64,000 bases of DNA from the human T2T-CHM13v2.0 reference genome, Homo sapiens. Below are positions 1-26,570 of this stretch, one piece after another. The stretch lies in assembly GCF_009914755.1 (NCBI RefSeq), contig NC_060931.1. The stretch is one strand, 5' to 3'. The notes under the pieces are model-generated. The model worked only from the letters and a program-made list of their open reading frames with translations, was not told where the DNA came from and ran no database searches. Numbering within the stretch: position 1 is the stretch's first letter; each line of letters begins with the position of its first letter. The translations under genes were made by a program, and so were the position numbers.

Positions 1-609
1 GTCTTCTGGGTTTCCAGTTTGTTTTTACTAGTAATTGCACATTAAAATACCACTTTGCTTCGCTTAACAGATGACATCTAAGACCATGGATGACAAAAGA
101 CAGATTACCAAAGGAAGTTGTGGGAACTCTTGCTAAACCATTTAAAAAAAAGAAAAATTTTAAGCCAGGAGTGATTAAACCCAGCCAGGTCTAACATCAA
201 CATGCACAAACTGTATATTGGGGACAATTTATATCTCTATAATTAAATAATTTTATAGCTTAGCCCAACCTTTATGAAGAAATGAGTCTGTTGTTTGATA
301 GAGCAACATATAACAGAAGGATTATAACTATTGCTAGATCAATTAGGGTCAACAATATAATATTTTCTTGATTATCTTTTTTTTTGGTCAAAAATGCAGG
401 ATAAAGAATGCCCATAAATTTCTCACAGTGCATACTCATGTCCATTATTTTCTAAATAGCTTTATAGCAAATTTAGTGCCTTTTTTGTATTTACTTGATT
501 CTGCTTTGTTTTCAGATAAGGGCATATAAAACACTAGATTAATAGCGTAACAAAAATTTCGCATGTGTTGAAAAATTTCTAGAGGGCATTACAGGCATTT
601 TCTATTCAT

Positions 610-865
610 TCCCCAAGACCCAGCTGAAAGGTCACCTTCACAGGAAGCTTTCTCAGCTTTACTCATACAGTCAGTTGTTTCCTTCTGTTCCCACAGCACT
701 TAGCCCAGACCACTGTATAGCATTTTTATCTATTACTTAGTGTGATTATTTGCTTCCCTTTAATCTGGAAATTCTTCAGAAACAGAGACCTTGCATTAAT
801 CATTATGTCTTTATCATCTAGCACAGTACGTGGCATATGGTAGGCATGTAATAATTACTATGGGA
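610..865 (+). mobile_element. L2 LINE 3' end fragment (degenerate)
   Basis: Resembles the L2 3' terminus (..tctagcacagtacgtggcatatggtaggcatgtaataa). Confidence 0.55.
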
Positions 866-1153
866 CAACAATATTTATGGTAAGTGAATGTAGAAACCAT
901 GTTTAGCTTGCAGATATACAGCTGCAATTCAGAAGTTGAAGCCCCTTGAGACTTCATTTTTGCCATTAGGTTGTCTGATGACTCTGTTAAAAAATTCAGC
1001 GTGGTCTGGTTCGTTTTCTAGTCTTTCAAATCTCCCAAAGAATGGTTCAAAGCTTTGGTTATATTAGATTTGTTATGTTGAATTCAACTTGAGGTTAGGA
1101 GGCTATAGGAGAAAAAATTGGAAATGTTTGGGCTTTATATAAAGACTTGGATG

Positions 1154-4100
1154 GGAGTAATATCAGCAAGATGGCAGAATAGGAGGTCTTAGGCTTCAGT
1201 CCACCACACAGAAAGTCCAACTAGCAACTATTCAGACAAGAACACCTTTGTGAAAACTGCAAAACTTGGAAATGAGACTGAGATACCTACATGGACCACA
1301 GAAATGAAAAACTATATTAGAAGGGTAAGAGGAACTGTCTCACTTTAACCATGTCAGCACAGTCCCACACAGAGGAAATTCCCCAGGCCTATGGTTTCTA
1401 TAGTAGGAAAAGTGAGCCTGGTTGGACATCCAGCTTCCCCAGCATCATGGGTCACCCACTCCTATCTTGCCTTATGGGGGAATACTATGGGTAATGGTGG
1501 GACTAGAGCGTTTGGAGTCCAGTAAAAACAAAAAAAGGGGGAAGGGTTCATAGTAACCACTATACAGATCTTGGTGGTAGCTGTGTATTCCTGCCAATGG
1601 TGGCACCTGATCAAAGATACCAAGCCAATGTTATAGCCTACCCACAAAGCTGAGCTGATTGCTCCCAGAAATACAGTGGGAAGTTCTACCTGGCTTGAGT
1701 CCCTAGCCAGCCACTCCAACCAACCTCACAGCCTACCACAATGGTCCACCCAGGCAGGGAGATGTATGCCATCATGTATTTCTGCAGACCACAGGGGCTG
1801 GACCTGCCTGACCTGGGAGCCCAAACAGTGACTTGGCCCTACCTCAGAGCTTACCTCAAGATTGTGCTCTAGCAGGGAAATGCCTGCCACTGTTTTTTTG
1901 TTTTTTTTTTTTTTTGTACAGCATAGGGGCTGGCCCTGCCCAACCTGGGAGTTGAAACAGTGACTCAGCCTAGTCGCAGAGCCCACGCAAGACTCTGCCC
2001 AGGCAAGGAGGCAAGCCTCAACTATGTATTCCTATGGAGCATAGCCTCTAGTCTTGAAAATTCCAAGCAATGACTCTGCCTAAGCTTAAAGCCCAGTCCA
2101 CAGGCTGTCCAACTCTAGAATCCAAATAGTAGTACTGCACAGCCAGGGAATACAGCCTGTGACTCTGCTGGATTAGAGGTAATCACAGTGCCTGGCCAAT
2201 AGGTCAGCCAGACTGCAGAGTCCAGTGAATGGTCTCACTGGACTGCAGCCCCCAACTGTAGTACCACCCAACCTAACAGCAAAGGCAATGGAACCTAAAG
2301 AAACAGAGATCTATAAAATGACAAAGAATTCAGAATAAATCTCTTAAAGAAGTTCAGTGACCTGTTTAAAAAAATAAGGATAGAAAATTAAAATTTGGAA
2401 GCCAATACATGAAAAAAATGAAAAGTTTCACAAAAAATAAAAACAAATAAACAAAAACCAAATAGAAAACATAGAAATGAAAAAGACAGTTGCTTAATAG
2501 AATAATTCAATAGAAGGCTTCAACAGCAGACTCAATCAAGCAGAAGAAAGAATAAGTGACCTCAAAGAGAGACCATTTCAAATTTTATAGTAAGAGAATT
2601 ATAAATAAATAAATGAGAAAGAATGAAGAAAGTCTATAGGAATTGGGGGGTACTTTCAAGAAAACTGACTTTTGCATAACAAAAATACCAGAAGGAGAAG
2701 AGAAAGAAGGCCAGGAAGCATATTTTAAGAAATAATAACTGAAAACTTCCCAAATCTGGGGAAGGATGCCAACATCCAGGTACCAGAAGCCCAGAGAACT
2801 CCAATAAAATTCAACCCAAAGAGGAGTTCACCAAGATACATCCTAACCAGACTATTAAAAATCAAAGACCAAAAAGAAAAAGACAAAAAAAGAATTCTGA
2901 AAGCAGTGAGAGAAAGGAGACTCATCACATAAGAGGGAGTCCCAATGCAGCTATCAGCAGATTTCTTAGCAGAAACTTTGCAGGCCAGGAAAGAGTGGGA
3001 TGATATATTAAAAGTGCTGAAGAAAAAAAATTGCCAGCTAAGAAAACGTCACCTAGCAAAGCTATTCTTCAAAAATGAGGAAGAAATAAAAACTTTCCCA
3101 GACAAACAAAAGCTAAGGGAGCTTATCACAAGGCCTGCTACAGGGAGTTCTTTAAGCTGAAATAAAGGCCACTAACTAATAAAATAAAACATATGAAATT
3201 ACAAAACCCAATGGTATAAGTAATATGTAGTCATATTCAGAACACTCTAGTATTTTAATAGTGGTGTGTAACGTAATTTTATCTCTAGTATATGGGTTTA
3301 AAGGCAAAACTATCAAAAACAGCTGTAACTACAATAATTTGTTAAGAGATGTAAGTTACAAGAAAAAAAATGTAAATTTTGACACCAAAATCATGAAATG
3401 TAGGGGAAGGGGAGTAAAAATGTATAGTTTTAAAATATAATCAGGGTTAAGTTGTTACCACTCTGTAAAAGCCCATTATAAATATAAGAATTGTTATGTA
3501 AGCCTCATTATAACCACAAAGCAAAAACCTGTAGTACCTGCACAAAACATGAAAAGGATTCAAAGCACACCACTACAGAAAACCATCAAACCACAAGGCA
3601 AAACAGCAAGAGAGGAAGAAAGGAACAAGGGATCTACAAAAGAACCTTAAACGAATTGCAAAATTGGAGTGATAAGTCTTTACCTATCAATAATTACTTT
3701 GAATGTAAATGAATTAAATTATTCAATCAAAAGATATAGAGTGGCTGAATAGATAAAAAAAAGACACAATGATATGCTGCATATAACAGACTTACTTCAT
3801 TCTTAAGGACACACATACACTGAAAGTAAAGGGGTGTAAAAAGATATTCCATGCAAATGGAAACCAAAAGATAGCAGGAGTAGCTATACTTAAATCAGAC
3901 AAAGTAGAATTTAAGTCAAAAACTGTAAAATAAGACAAAGAAGGTCAATATATAGAGAAAGGAGTTAGTTCATCAAGAGGATATAACAATTATAAATACA
4001 TATGCACCCAACTTTGGAGAACCTAAATATATAAATAAAAAATTAAATGATCTGAAGGGAGAGACAGATTGTAATATAATAATAGTAGTGGACTTTACTA

Positions 4101-5953
4101 ATCCCAATTTCAACAATGGACACATCATTCAGACGAAAATCAATAAGAAAACACTGGACTTGCATTGAACATTAGAACAAATGGACCCCCCAGACTAATA
4201 CACAGATTCCATCCAACAGCAGCAGAATACACATTCTTCTCAAGTGCACATGAAACATTTTCCAGGGCAGATCATATGTTAGGCCATAAAGCCAGCCTTA
4301 ACAAATTTAACAGGACTGAAATGATATTAATTATCTTTCTAAACACAATGGTATAAAACTAGAAAATAAGAGAAATCTTGGAAAATTCACAAAAATGTGG
4401 AAATTAACAAGCTCCAGAACAATTTGTGAGTCAAAGAAATTAAAAAAGAAATAAAAATCATCTCAAGACAAATGAAAATGGAAACACAACCTATTAAAAC
4501 TTCTGAGCTACAACAAAAGCAGTTCTAAGAAGGAAATTAAAGCAATGAATACCAATATCAAAAACACAAGAAGGATTACAAATAAACAACCTAAAATTAT
4601 ACCTAAAGAAACTAGAAAAAGAAAAACTAAACGCAAAGTTAGCAAAAGGAAAGAAATAACAAACATCAGAGCACAAATAAATGACATATAGACTATAAAA
4701 GCAATAGAAAAAATTAATACCACTAAGAGTTGGTTTTTGGAAAGATCAACAAAATCAACAAACTCTTAACTAGACAAAAAAGAGAGAAGATTCAAATAAA
4801 TAGAACCAGAAATGAAAGACATCCCAACTTATACCACAGAAATACAAAGGATCACAAGAAACTACTAGAAACAATTATATGTCAACAAATTGGATAACCT
4901 AGAAGAAATGGACAAATTCCTAGAAACATATAACCTATCAAGACTGAATCATGAAGAAATAGAAAATCTAAATAACTAATAACAAGCAAGGAGATTGAAT
5001 CAATAATAAAAAGGCTCTTATCAAAGAAAAGCCCAGGACCTAATGGCTTTACACCTGAATTCCACCAAACATTTAAAGAATAACAACCCTCGCAAAACTC
5101 ACAAAATTGAAGTGGAAGGAGTATTTCCAAACCATTTTATGAGGCCAGTGTTACCCTGATCCCAAAGCCAAACAAGGACACTATAAGAACAGAAAATTAC
5201 AGGCCAGTATCCCTGAGAAACATAGATGCAAAATTTTTCAACAACATACAAGCATACCAAATTCAATAGCACATTGGAAAGGATCATTTAGTATGATCAA
5301 ATGTTATTCATCCTTTGGATTCAAGAATGATTCAACATACAAATCAATAAATGTGATACACCATATAGACAGAAGAAAGGACAAAAATTATATGGTCATT
5401 TCAATAGATGCAGACAAAGAATTTGACAAAATTCAACACTCTTTCATGATAAAAACTCTCAACAAATTAGGCATAGAAGGAATATACCTCAATAAAGGTC
5501 ATATATGACAAGCCTGCAGTTAACATCATACTTAATGGTGAAAAGTTAAAAGCTTTTCCTCTAAGATCAGGAGTAAGACAAACATGTCCTTTCTGACTAC
5601 GTCTTTCCAACATATTACTGGAAGTCCTAGTCAGAGCTATTAGGCAAGAAAAATAAATAAAGGGCATCCTAATAGGAAAAGAAGGATTGGAATTCTTTGC
5701 CAATGAGATGATATGTAGAAAATCCTAGACTACACTGAAAAACTGTTAGAACTGATTAGTGAATAAAGTTGCAGGACAAAAAATCAACGTGCAAAAATCA
5801 GTAGTGTTCCAATACACTAACAATAAACTATCCAGGAAAGGAATTAAGAAACCAATCCCATTGCAATAACAACAAAAATTAAAACACTTAGGAATAAATT
5901 TAACCATGGAGATGAAAAATCCCTATACTGAAAACAATAAAACATGGATTAAA
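1154..5953 (+). mobile_element. Old L1M/L1MA LINE-1, 5' part (5'UTR, ORF1, ORF2 EN+RT); outer element of composite 1
   Basis: Starts ggagtaatatcagcaagatggcagaatagg; ORF1-like 2945-3160 (LSADFLAETLQARKEWDDILKVL); ORF2-like 4165-4356 and 5293-5508; left TSD aaagacttggatg 1141-1153. Confidence 0.9.
1750..2280 (+). repeat. Degenerate ~120-bp tandem monomers in the L1M 5'UTR
   Basis: Recurring caggcaggga..aggggctgg(a/c)cctgcc..acctgggag..aaacagtgact blocks at ~1751, ~1870 and ~2000. Confidence 0.6.
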
Positions 5954-6074
5954 GAGGAGGGGCTTCAAGATGGATTAGTAGATGTATCTGGTATTCACCT
6001 CTTCCATGGAGAGGAACCAAAATAGTGAGTAGATAATCACACTTTGAATAGATTATCTAAATGAGAACACTGAA

Positions 6075-6116
<42 letters not shown>
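6075..6116. repeat. (GA)n microsatellite
   Basis: Direct read. Confidence 0.95.
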
Positions 6117-9100
6117 CACTCATGCTGGGTGCCACAAACCCCCAAGTCCTAAGCAGTTGCAGCATGGCACATTTTGAGAGCCCGGCTTCTTCCAGACTGT
6201 GTCTTGCCCTGGGGCTCAACAGTTTCTGCATCTCTACATCCTTGGTGCCTCACTGACATTCAACAGAGAAGTGATGGGAGGCACTGAAAGCAAGAAGGGA
6301 GAAGGAAGTGAAGCAGCCTGTTCAACTAGCATTGGCTAGGAGTCTGGAGAGGCTATCTAATGTGGGTAAAGGGTAAATGAGTGACCCCTAGTGGTCCACT
6401 TTCCTGCCATGGACACCTACAATTCTAGCCATGGTAGAGCCCCTTCATATAGGGAGCTTCCTGAGGACTGTGAGGCATTACTCCAGAGAAAGAACTCATG
6501 CTTGGTCCCACAAACCCCCAAGTCCTAAGAAGCTGCAGCATGGTGCATTTTGGGAGCCTGACTTTTACCAGACTGTGTCCTGACCTGGGGCTCAACAGTC
6601 TCAGCATCTCTACATCCTTGGAGTCCCACTGACATTCCACTGCCCACAACTGCCATCACTAGGGGTTGCTGCAGGGCAAGGCACAAGTGAAGTATGCACT
6701 GTCGCTCCTCCTGCTACCTGCCTATGGCTGCTCCCATTGACCATTGCAGAGCTGCAATGCAGCCACAGCTGCCCCCACCTGACCTTTCTGTCAGTGGCCT
6801 GGGATCACCTTGCCACTGCTTATAACAGCTAGCACCTGCAGGCACCACTGGGGGTCCTGAGGGCAGGTCTGCCTGAGCCAGCTCCATACCTCCAGTACCC
6901 AAGCATGCCATCCGGGGGCCTGGGGATTGCCCAACCCAGTTCACCACCATTGGCACCTCAGCATTCCTCCCAGGATATGCTCCACTCAACCTGCCTCTGC
7001 CACTATAGCTGGCACCCAGCTGTATGTGCCACTTGCAGGTCTGAGGTCTGGCCTGCACAGCCCTTCATAACCAACACCAACATGAACTGCTTGATTCCCA
7101 GAGAATTTTCCCACCACTGGTCCTTCCATTGCCCATGCCGTGCCCACCACCCAGGGGATGGAGAACCCACCTATCTGTCCAGCCCACTGCTGCCATTCCA
7201 GGCACCCAAGCAGGCCACTTGTAGGCCCATGAGTTGGCTGGCTTGTACATGCTAACACCAGTGCCAGCATACGTCACTCTGGGGCCCAAGGCAAGCAAAC
7301 TCAGCCCACTACTGCCATCCCTGGGACCTGAAGACTAGCCTACCTGGTATCCTTGTCCGAGCAAAACTTCACCACAAGCCTCCACTAACAACCACATCCT
7401 AAACCACTGAGGAAATCACAGACACCACTGATGCTGTTTACAGCCAAAGAAATAATACAGCAGCAACACTACTACGTGCATCCAGAATCAAAACCAAAGT
7501 GCCTTACCCAACTAACTTCATAGATACATCTTCATGAAAATCCTCCCCTATGAAAGCAAATTAAAACAATTAGAAACAACTGTTACACCAGATGAGGAGA
7601 TATCAATGTAATGACTCAGGAAGCATAAAAAAGCAAGAAAATAAAACACCTCTAAAGGAACACAATAATTCTCCAGCAACATATCCCAATCAAACGGAAA
7701 TTTATGAAGTTAAGGACGATGAATTCAATGATATTAAAGGAGCACAATGAGATACAAGAGAATACTGAAAAGCAATACAAAATGATTAGAAAAACAAACC
7801 AGGATATGAATGAGACATTTACCAAAGACTTAGATATCGTAAAAAAGAACTAAACAGATATTCAGGAAATGAAGAATGGGTTGAATGAAATACAAAATTC
7901 AAAAGCTTCAATAACAGGCTGGATCAAAGAGAAGAAAGATTTCAGAACTTAAAGACAGGTCTTTTGAAATAACCCAGTCAGACAAAAATAAAAATAATCA
8001 AAAAGCCTGAGCAAAGCCTATCTGACATATGGAACACCATAAAGCAAACAAATATTCAAATTCTTGGTGTCCCAGAAGGTTAAGTGAAAACTAAAGGGTT
8101 AGGAGACCTATTTAACAAAATAATAGATGGAAATATCCCAGGTTTAGCAAAAGATTTAGATGTACAGATACAGGAGGTTCAAAGATCCCCAAATAGATAG
8201 GATTCACAAAGTCTTCTCCATGGCACATTATAGTTAAACTGTTAAAAATCAAAGAAAAAGAAAATTATAAAAACAGCAAGAGAACAGTGTCTAGTATCAT
8301 AAAAGAACCTCATCAGACTAACAACAGACATCTCAGCAGAAACCTTACAGGCCAGGAGAGAATGGGATGATATATCCAAGGTGCAGAAGAAAAAAACTTG
8401 CTGCCAAGGACATTATGCCCACAAAGCTATCCTTCATAAATGAAGGAGAAATAAAAGTCTTTCCCAGACAAGCAAAAGCTCAGGGAATTCATCCCCACTA
8501 GATCAGCCATACAAGAAATACTTAAGGGAATTCTATACCTAGAAGGGAAAGAACAATAACTACCATGATGAAAATACATGAAAATATTAAAAAAAAAACA
8601 ACACTGTTAAATAAGATTTGAGATAAAAACTCAAATGTTACCACTACAGGATACTACCAAACCACAATGATGAACAATAAGAGAGAAAGAAAGGAGCAAG
8701 GATATATAAAACAACCATAAGTCAACCAATAAAATGTCAGGAATAAGTCCTCACATATCAATAGTAACTTTGAATGTAAATGGATTAAATTTTCCACTTG
8801 AAAGATGTAGACTGGTGGAATGGATTAGCAAAACAAAACAAAACAAAAAAAGAAAACATGAACCAAGTATATGCTGCTTACAAGAAACTCATCTCAGTTG
8901 TAAAGATACACGTCTTGAAAGCAACAGGTGGAAAACATATTCTATGCAATTAGAAACAAAACAAGCAGGAACATGGGAACACTTGATATGTTATGTAAAG
9001 CAAATATTATTAGATCTAAAGGGAGTGATAGACTCCAACACAACAATAGCTGGGGACATTAACACCCCATTCTCAGCATCAGACAGACATCTAGACAAAA

Positions 9101-9455
9101 AATTAACAAAGAAACATTGGATTTAAACTGTACATTAGACTAAATGTACCTAACAGACATTTACAGAATATTTGGTTGAACAGCTACAAAATACACATTT
9201 CTTTCATCAGCACATGGAATATTCTTCAGGACAGACCAGATGTTTGGACACAAAGTAAGTGTGAACAAATTTTTAAAAATTGAAATCCCACCTAGTATCT
9301 TTTCAGAACAAAATGGCCTAAAACTAGAAATTAATAAAAAGAGGAACTTTGGAAACTGTACAAATACGTAGAAATTAAACAACATGCTCCTGAATACCAC
9401 TGAATCAAGGAAGAAATTAAAGAGGAAATGAAAAAAAATGTATTGAAATAAACGA

Positions 9456-9886
<431 letters not shown>

Positions 9887-10614
9887 TCAAGTGCACACTC
9901 TAATAATGAACCTCAAAAAACTAAAAAAGCAAGAACAAACCAAGCCCCAAATTGGTAGAAGAAAAGGAATAATAAATATCAGAACTGAAATAAATGAAAT
10001 AGAGACTTAAAAAACAATATAAAGGATCAATGAAATGAAAAGTTGGTTCTTTGAGAAGATAAATGAAATTGATAAACTGCTAGCTCTACTAACCAAGAAA
10101 AAAAGAGAGAAGAAGACTCTTCTGATTTTATAGAACCAAATCACAATTGAAAAAGGAGACATTACAACTGATACTATAGAAATACAAAATATCACCAGAG
10201 ACTATTATGAACAACTACACACTAACAAACTAGAAAACCTATAAGAAATGGATAAATTCCTGGACTCATAGAACCTCCCAAGAATGAGTCAGAAATAAGT
10301 AGAAAGCCTGAACAGAGCAATAATGAATAATGAGATTGAATCAGTAATAAAAAGTCTCCCAAAAAGGAGAAGTCCAGAACCAGATGACTCCACTGCTGAA
10401 TTCTACCAAACTTTCAAAGAAGAACTAATACTATATTATCTTCAAACAATTATAAGAAATTGAAGAAGGGGGAATTCCTTTTAACTCATTCTGAGATTAA
10501 CATTACCCTGATACAAAAACCAGACAAGGACTACAAACTACAGGACAATATCCCTGATGAACACAGATGTGAAGATTCTCAAAACAATTCTAGCAAACTG
10601 AATTCAACAGCACA

Positions 10615-10615
<1 letters not shown>

Positions 10616-10666
<51 letters not shown>
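10616..10666. repeat. (CA)n microsatellite
   Basis: Direct read. Confidence 0.95.
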
Positions 10667-10669
<3 letters not shown>

Positions 10670-10770
10670 AGTGTGATCAAGTGGGATTTATCCCAAGGGT
10701 GCAACAATGGTTTAATGTACGCAAATCAATAAATGTGATACATCAAATCAACAAAATGAAGGACAAAAAT

Positions 10771-15841
<5,071 letters not shown>

Positions 15842-15844
15842 AAC

Positions 15845-17739
15845 AGGTATAAATTTAACCAAGAAGGTGAAAGATCTTTACAAAGATTACTACAAAATGC
15901 TGATGAAAGAAATTGAAGGGGGCACAAACAAATGGAAAAAACATCCCATGATCATGGATCAAAATTAATATCATTAAAATGACCACATTGTTAAAGCAAT
16001 CTACAGATTCAGTGTAATTCCTATCAAAATACAAATGTCATTTTCACAGAAATATAAAAACATTCCTAAAATTTATATGAAACCAAGAAAGAGCCCCAAA
16101 TAGTCAAAGCAATCCTGAGCAAAAAGAACAAAGCTAGAATCATCACATTTCCTCACTTCAGAGTGTATTAAGAGGCTATGGTAACCAAAACAGCATGGTA
16201 TTGGTTTAAAAGAAAACACAGAGTCCAGTGGAAAAGACTAGGGAATCCAGATATAAATCCACAAATTTATTGCCAACTGATTTTCAGCAAAAGTGCCAAG
16301 AACATACATTGGGGAAAGGACACTCTTCAATAAATGGCACCAGGAAAACTGTCTACCCACATGCAGAAGAATGAAACTGGACCCCTACTTCTTACCACAT
16401 ACAAAAACCAACTTAACATGTATTAATGACTTAAACTTAAGGCCTGAAACTAATAAATAGGAAACATAGGGAAAACACTTCAGGACATTGGTGTAGGCAA
16501 AGGTTTTATGGCTAAGACCCAAAAGCAGAGACAACTAAAACAAAAGTAGACAAAAAGTCTATATTAATCAAAAAAGCTTCTGCACATCAAAGGAAGCAAT
16601 CAACACAGAAAAGAGACCTGTTGAATGTGGGAAAATACTTGCAAACTGTTCATCCAACAAGGTACTAATATCTACAAAACATTAAGAATTCAAGCCATTC
16701 TTCAGTAAAAATGCCAAATAATCCCATGAAAAAGTAGACAAAGGACATGAATAGACATTTCTTAAAAGAAGACATACAAATGGTCAAAAAGTAAATAAAA
16801 ATGCTCAACATCACTAATCATCAGGGAAATGCAAATCAAAACCACAATGAGATATTATAATCTTACCCCAGTTAGAATGGCTAGTATTAAAAAAAATATA
16901 ACAGATGCTGGCAAAGATGCAGAGAAAAGGGAATCCTTATACACTGTTGATGGAAATATATATTGGTCCAGCAAATATGGAAAACAGGATGGAGATTCCT
17001 CAAAAAACTAAAAATAGAACCATCATATGATCCAGCAATCTTGCTACTGGGTATTTATCCAAAAGAAAGGAAATTAGTATAACAAAACAATACCTGCATC
17101 CCCAGGTTTATTGCAGCACTATTCACAATAGTAAAGATGTGGAATCAACCTAAGTTGTCCTGGACCTGGACCTAAGTGTCCATCAGCAGATGAATAAATA
17201 AAGAGAATGTGGTATACACACAGTAGAATAGTATTTGTTATGTTCTTTAAGAAATAATGAAATTCTTTTATTGTAGCACCAAGAAATAGCCTGGAAGACA
17301 TTATGTTAAGTGTAATAAGCCAGTCACAAAAAGACAAACATGGCATGGTTTCACTCATATGTGAAATCTGAAAAACTCAAACTTACAGAACTAGAGAGTA
17401 GAATGGTAGTTACCAGAGGCTGGGAGTTGTGGGAGGATGGAAAATGGGGGGAAGGTAACCAAAGGGTACAAAAGTTCAAGTTAGACAGGAGGAATAATTT
17501 TTCAATATCTAATGAACAGCAAGGTGACCATAGTTAATAATGAAGTATTGTATGTTTCAAAATTGCTGAGAGAATAGATTTTAAATATTCTCACTACAAG
17601 AAAATGATGGGTATATGGAGTGATGGACATGTTAATTACCTTGATATAATCATTCCACAGTGTATTAATGTATCAAAACATCATGAACTCCATGCATGTA
17701 TAGACTTATTTGTCAATTAAAAAAAATCTAAAGAAAAGA
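15845..17739 (+). mobile_element. L1MA ORF2 C-terminal part, 3'UTR and A-tail (3' end of composite 1)
   Basis: GINLTKKVKDLYKDYYKMLMKEIE; MQIKTTMRY; L1MA-type 3'UTR ending tgtcaattaaaaaaaa; right TSD aaagacttgaatg 17740-17752. Confidence 0.9.
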
Positions 17740-17854
17740 AAAGACTTGAATGTAAGGCTTAACCAGTTTCCATATATCAAACACGAATGCACCATTTTAG
17801 TTACCCTGTAACATTCACTGTAGGAGTATGGGTGGGCTGTCTTTCTGTCATCAG

Positions 17855-18721
17855 TTTTTAATTTAACTTAATTTTATTGCATTAAAAAAGAAGTATTGAG
17901 ATATAACTCACATTCATACAAGCCCTGTATTTAAAGTGTACAATTCAGTGGTTTTCACTATATTCATAGCATTGGACAACCAATACCACTAATTCCAGAA
18001 CATTTTCATCATTCCCCCCAAAAACTCTGTACCCAGCATTAGTCATTCTCTGTTTCTCCCCAGTCCCTATCCTCAGTCATAGGCAACCACAAATTTACCT
18101 TCTATTTCTATAGATTTACCTATTCTGGACATTTAATATCAGTGAAATTATATAATACATGGTTTTTTAATGATTGGCTTTTTTCATTTGTTATGTTTTC
18201 AAAGGTCATCTGTGTTGTAGCATGTATCAGTTCTTTATTCTTTTTATTGATACATCCCATCATCTGAACATACCACATATTATTTCTCAGTTGAATGGAC
18301 ATTTGTTTATTTGCCAAATGTTGGCTGTTATTAATACTGTGGTGATGAACCTTCCTGAACAAGCTTTTGTGTGGACATATACTTTAATTTCTTGTGGCTG
18401 AAAACCTAGCGGTGGAATTGCTGGATCACATGGTAAATTTATGTTGGACTTTTTGAGAAACTGCCATTGACTTTTTATATCTTCATAAGCAGTGTATAAG
18501 GCTTCCAATATCTCTACATTCTCATGAATACTTGTAATTATCTGTTTTTTTAAATTATAGCCACCCAGTGTGTGTAAAGTGGTAGCTCATTATAGTTTTG
18601 ATTTATACTCCATGATGTCTAATGATGTTGAACATTTTTTCATGCACTTTTTCACAGAAATGTCTATTCAGATCCTTTGCTCATTTAAAAACTATGGTAT
18701 TTGTCTTTTTATTATCGAATC
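17855..18721 (-). mobile_element. L1MB-type 3' end (host of the L1PA at 18722)
   Basis: gagatataactcaca..aagtgtacaattcagtggtttt..ccagaacattttcatc resembles the L1MB 3'UTR in reverse. Confidence 0.8.
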
Positions 18722-25159
<6,438 letters not shown>

Positions 25160-26570
25160 TGAATCATAAGATTTCTATACATATTCTAGGTATAAGTCTC
25201 TCATCAGAAATATGATTTGCAAATATTTTCTCCCATTTCGTGGGTTGTCTCTTCACTTTCTTGATGATAACTTTTGTAGCACAAGAATTTTAAATTTTGA
25301 TGTAATCCAATTTATCCATGTGTTTCTTTGTTGCTTGTACTTTTAGTGTCATATCTATGAAACTTTTCTCTTACTCAAGGTTATAAAGGTTTAAGCTGAT
25401 ATTTTCTTTTAAGAGTTTTATAGTTTTCATTTTGTAAACTAGTTTTATGAAACTATAGTAGTTCTTACAGTGAGGTCTTTGATCTATTTTGTGTGAATTT
25501 TTCTACATAGTGTGAGGCAAGGGTTCAGCACCATTTGCTACAAAGTCTATTCTTTGTCCATTGAATGGTTTGAATAGTTGAGTTGAATCTGTAGATCAGT
25601 TTGGGAAATATTGCCCATGAACATGGGTGTATTCATGGTATCTGATCTATGAAAATGGTATGTCTTTCCATTTATTTAGGTTGTCTTTAATTTCTTTCAA
25701 TAATATTTTATACTTTCCAGAACACAAGTTTTTCACTTCCTTTGTTAAATATATTTGTAAATATTTTATTATTTTTGATGCTATAAGAAATGAAATTATT
25801 TTCTTTATTTCATTTTGGATTGTTCAGTGCAAGTGTGTAGAAATACAATTGATTTTTGTATAATGATCTTGTATCCTGCAGCATTGCAAAACTTATTAGT
25901 TTGAATAGTTTTTGCTAGATTATCTAGGATTTTCTGAATCATGATGACTTAATCATGTCATGTATACATATATTTTACTTCTTTCTTTCAAATTTTATTG
26001 CTTTCATTTCATTTTCTCCCCTAATTGGCTCACCTTGTATAATGTTAAATGGAAGTAGTGAGAATAATCACTCTTGTCTTGTTCCTGATCTTAGGGGAAA
26101 AACATTCAGTTCTTCACCCTTATGTATTACACAAGTTGTATATACCTTACCTGAACTAGTTGGGATCAGAAGTGTTCTGGATTTGGTGGTTGTTTTTTTG
26201 GATTTTGGTATATTTGCATTGTACTTACCAGTTGAATATCCCAAATAAAAAAACCAAAAATTTGAAATGATCCAGTGAACATTTCCTTTGAGCGTGATGT
26301 CAGCACTCAAAAAGCTTTGGATTTTAGGGCATTTTGGATTTTGGACTTTCAGATTTGGGATGCTCAACATGTATTAACTGTGGGTTTTTCATATATGCAC
26401 TTTATCAAGCTGAGAAAGTTCCCTTCCATTCCTAGTTTTTTATAAACAATATTTTAGTCTTGCATTGTGTGAAATGTTTCCCTTTTCTATTGAGATGATC
26501 ATGTGAGATGATCATGTTTTGTTCTTTATTGTATTGATATGATGTATTACATTGATTAATTTTTGGTCTG
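25160..26570 (-). mobile_element. Continuation of the L1MB host (ORF2 remnants)
   Basis: Resumes collinearly after the L1PA; KGEELNVFPLRSGTRQE-like peptide on the - strand. Confidence 0.8.
26132..26371. mobile_element. Tigger4/MER46-type MITE (TcMar)
   Basis: TIR-like ends caagttgtatatacc.. / ..gggatgctcaacatg followed by TA; ~240 bp. Confidence 0.8.

Noticed and set aside
26491-26516. Small tandem duplications (13 bp here; similar at ~17147-17180, ~41546-41582 and ~58222-58267)
   Set aside because: Ordinary slippage events with no sign of function
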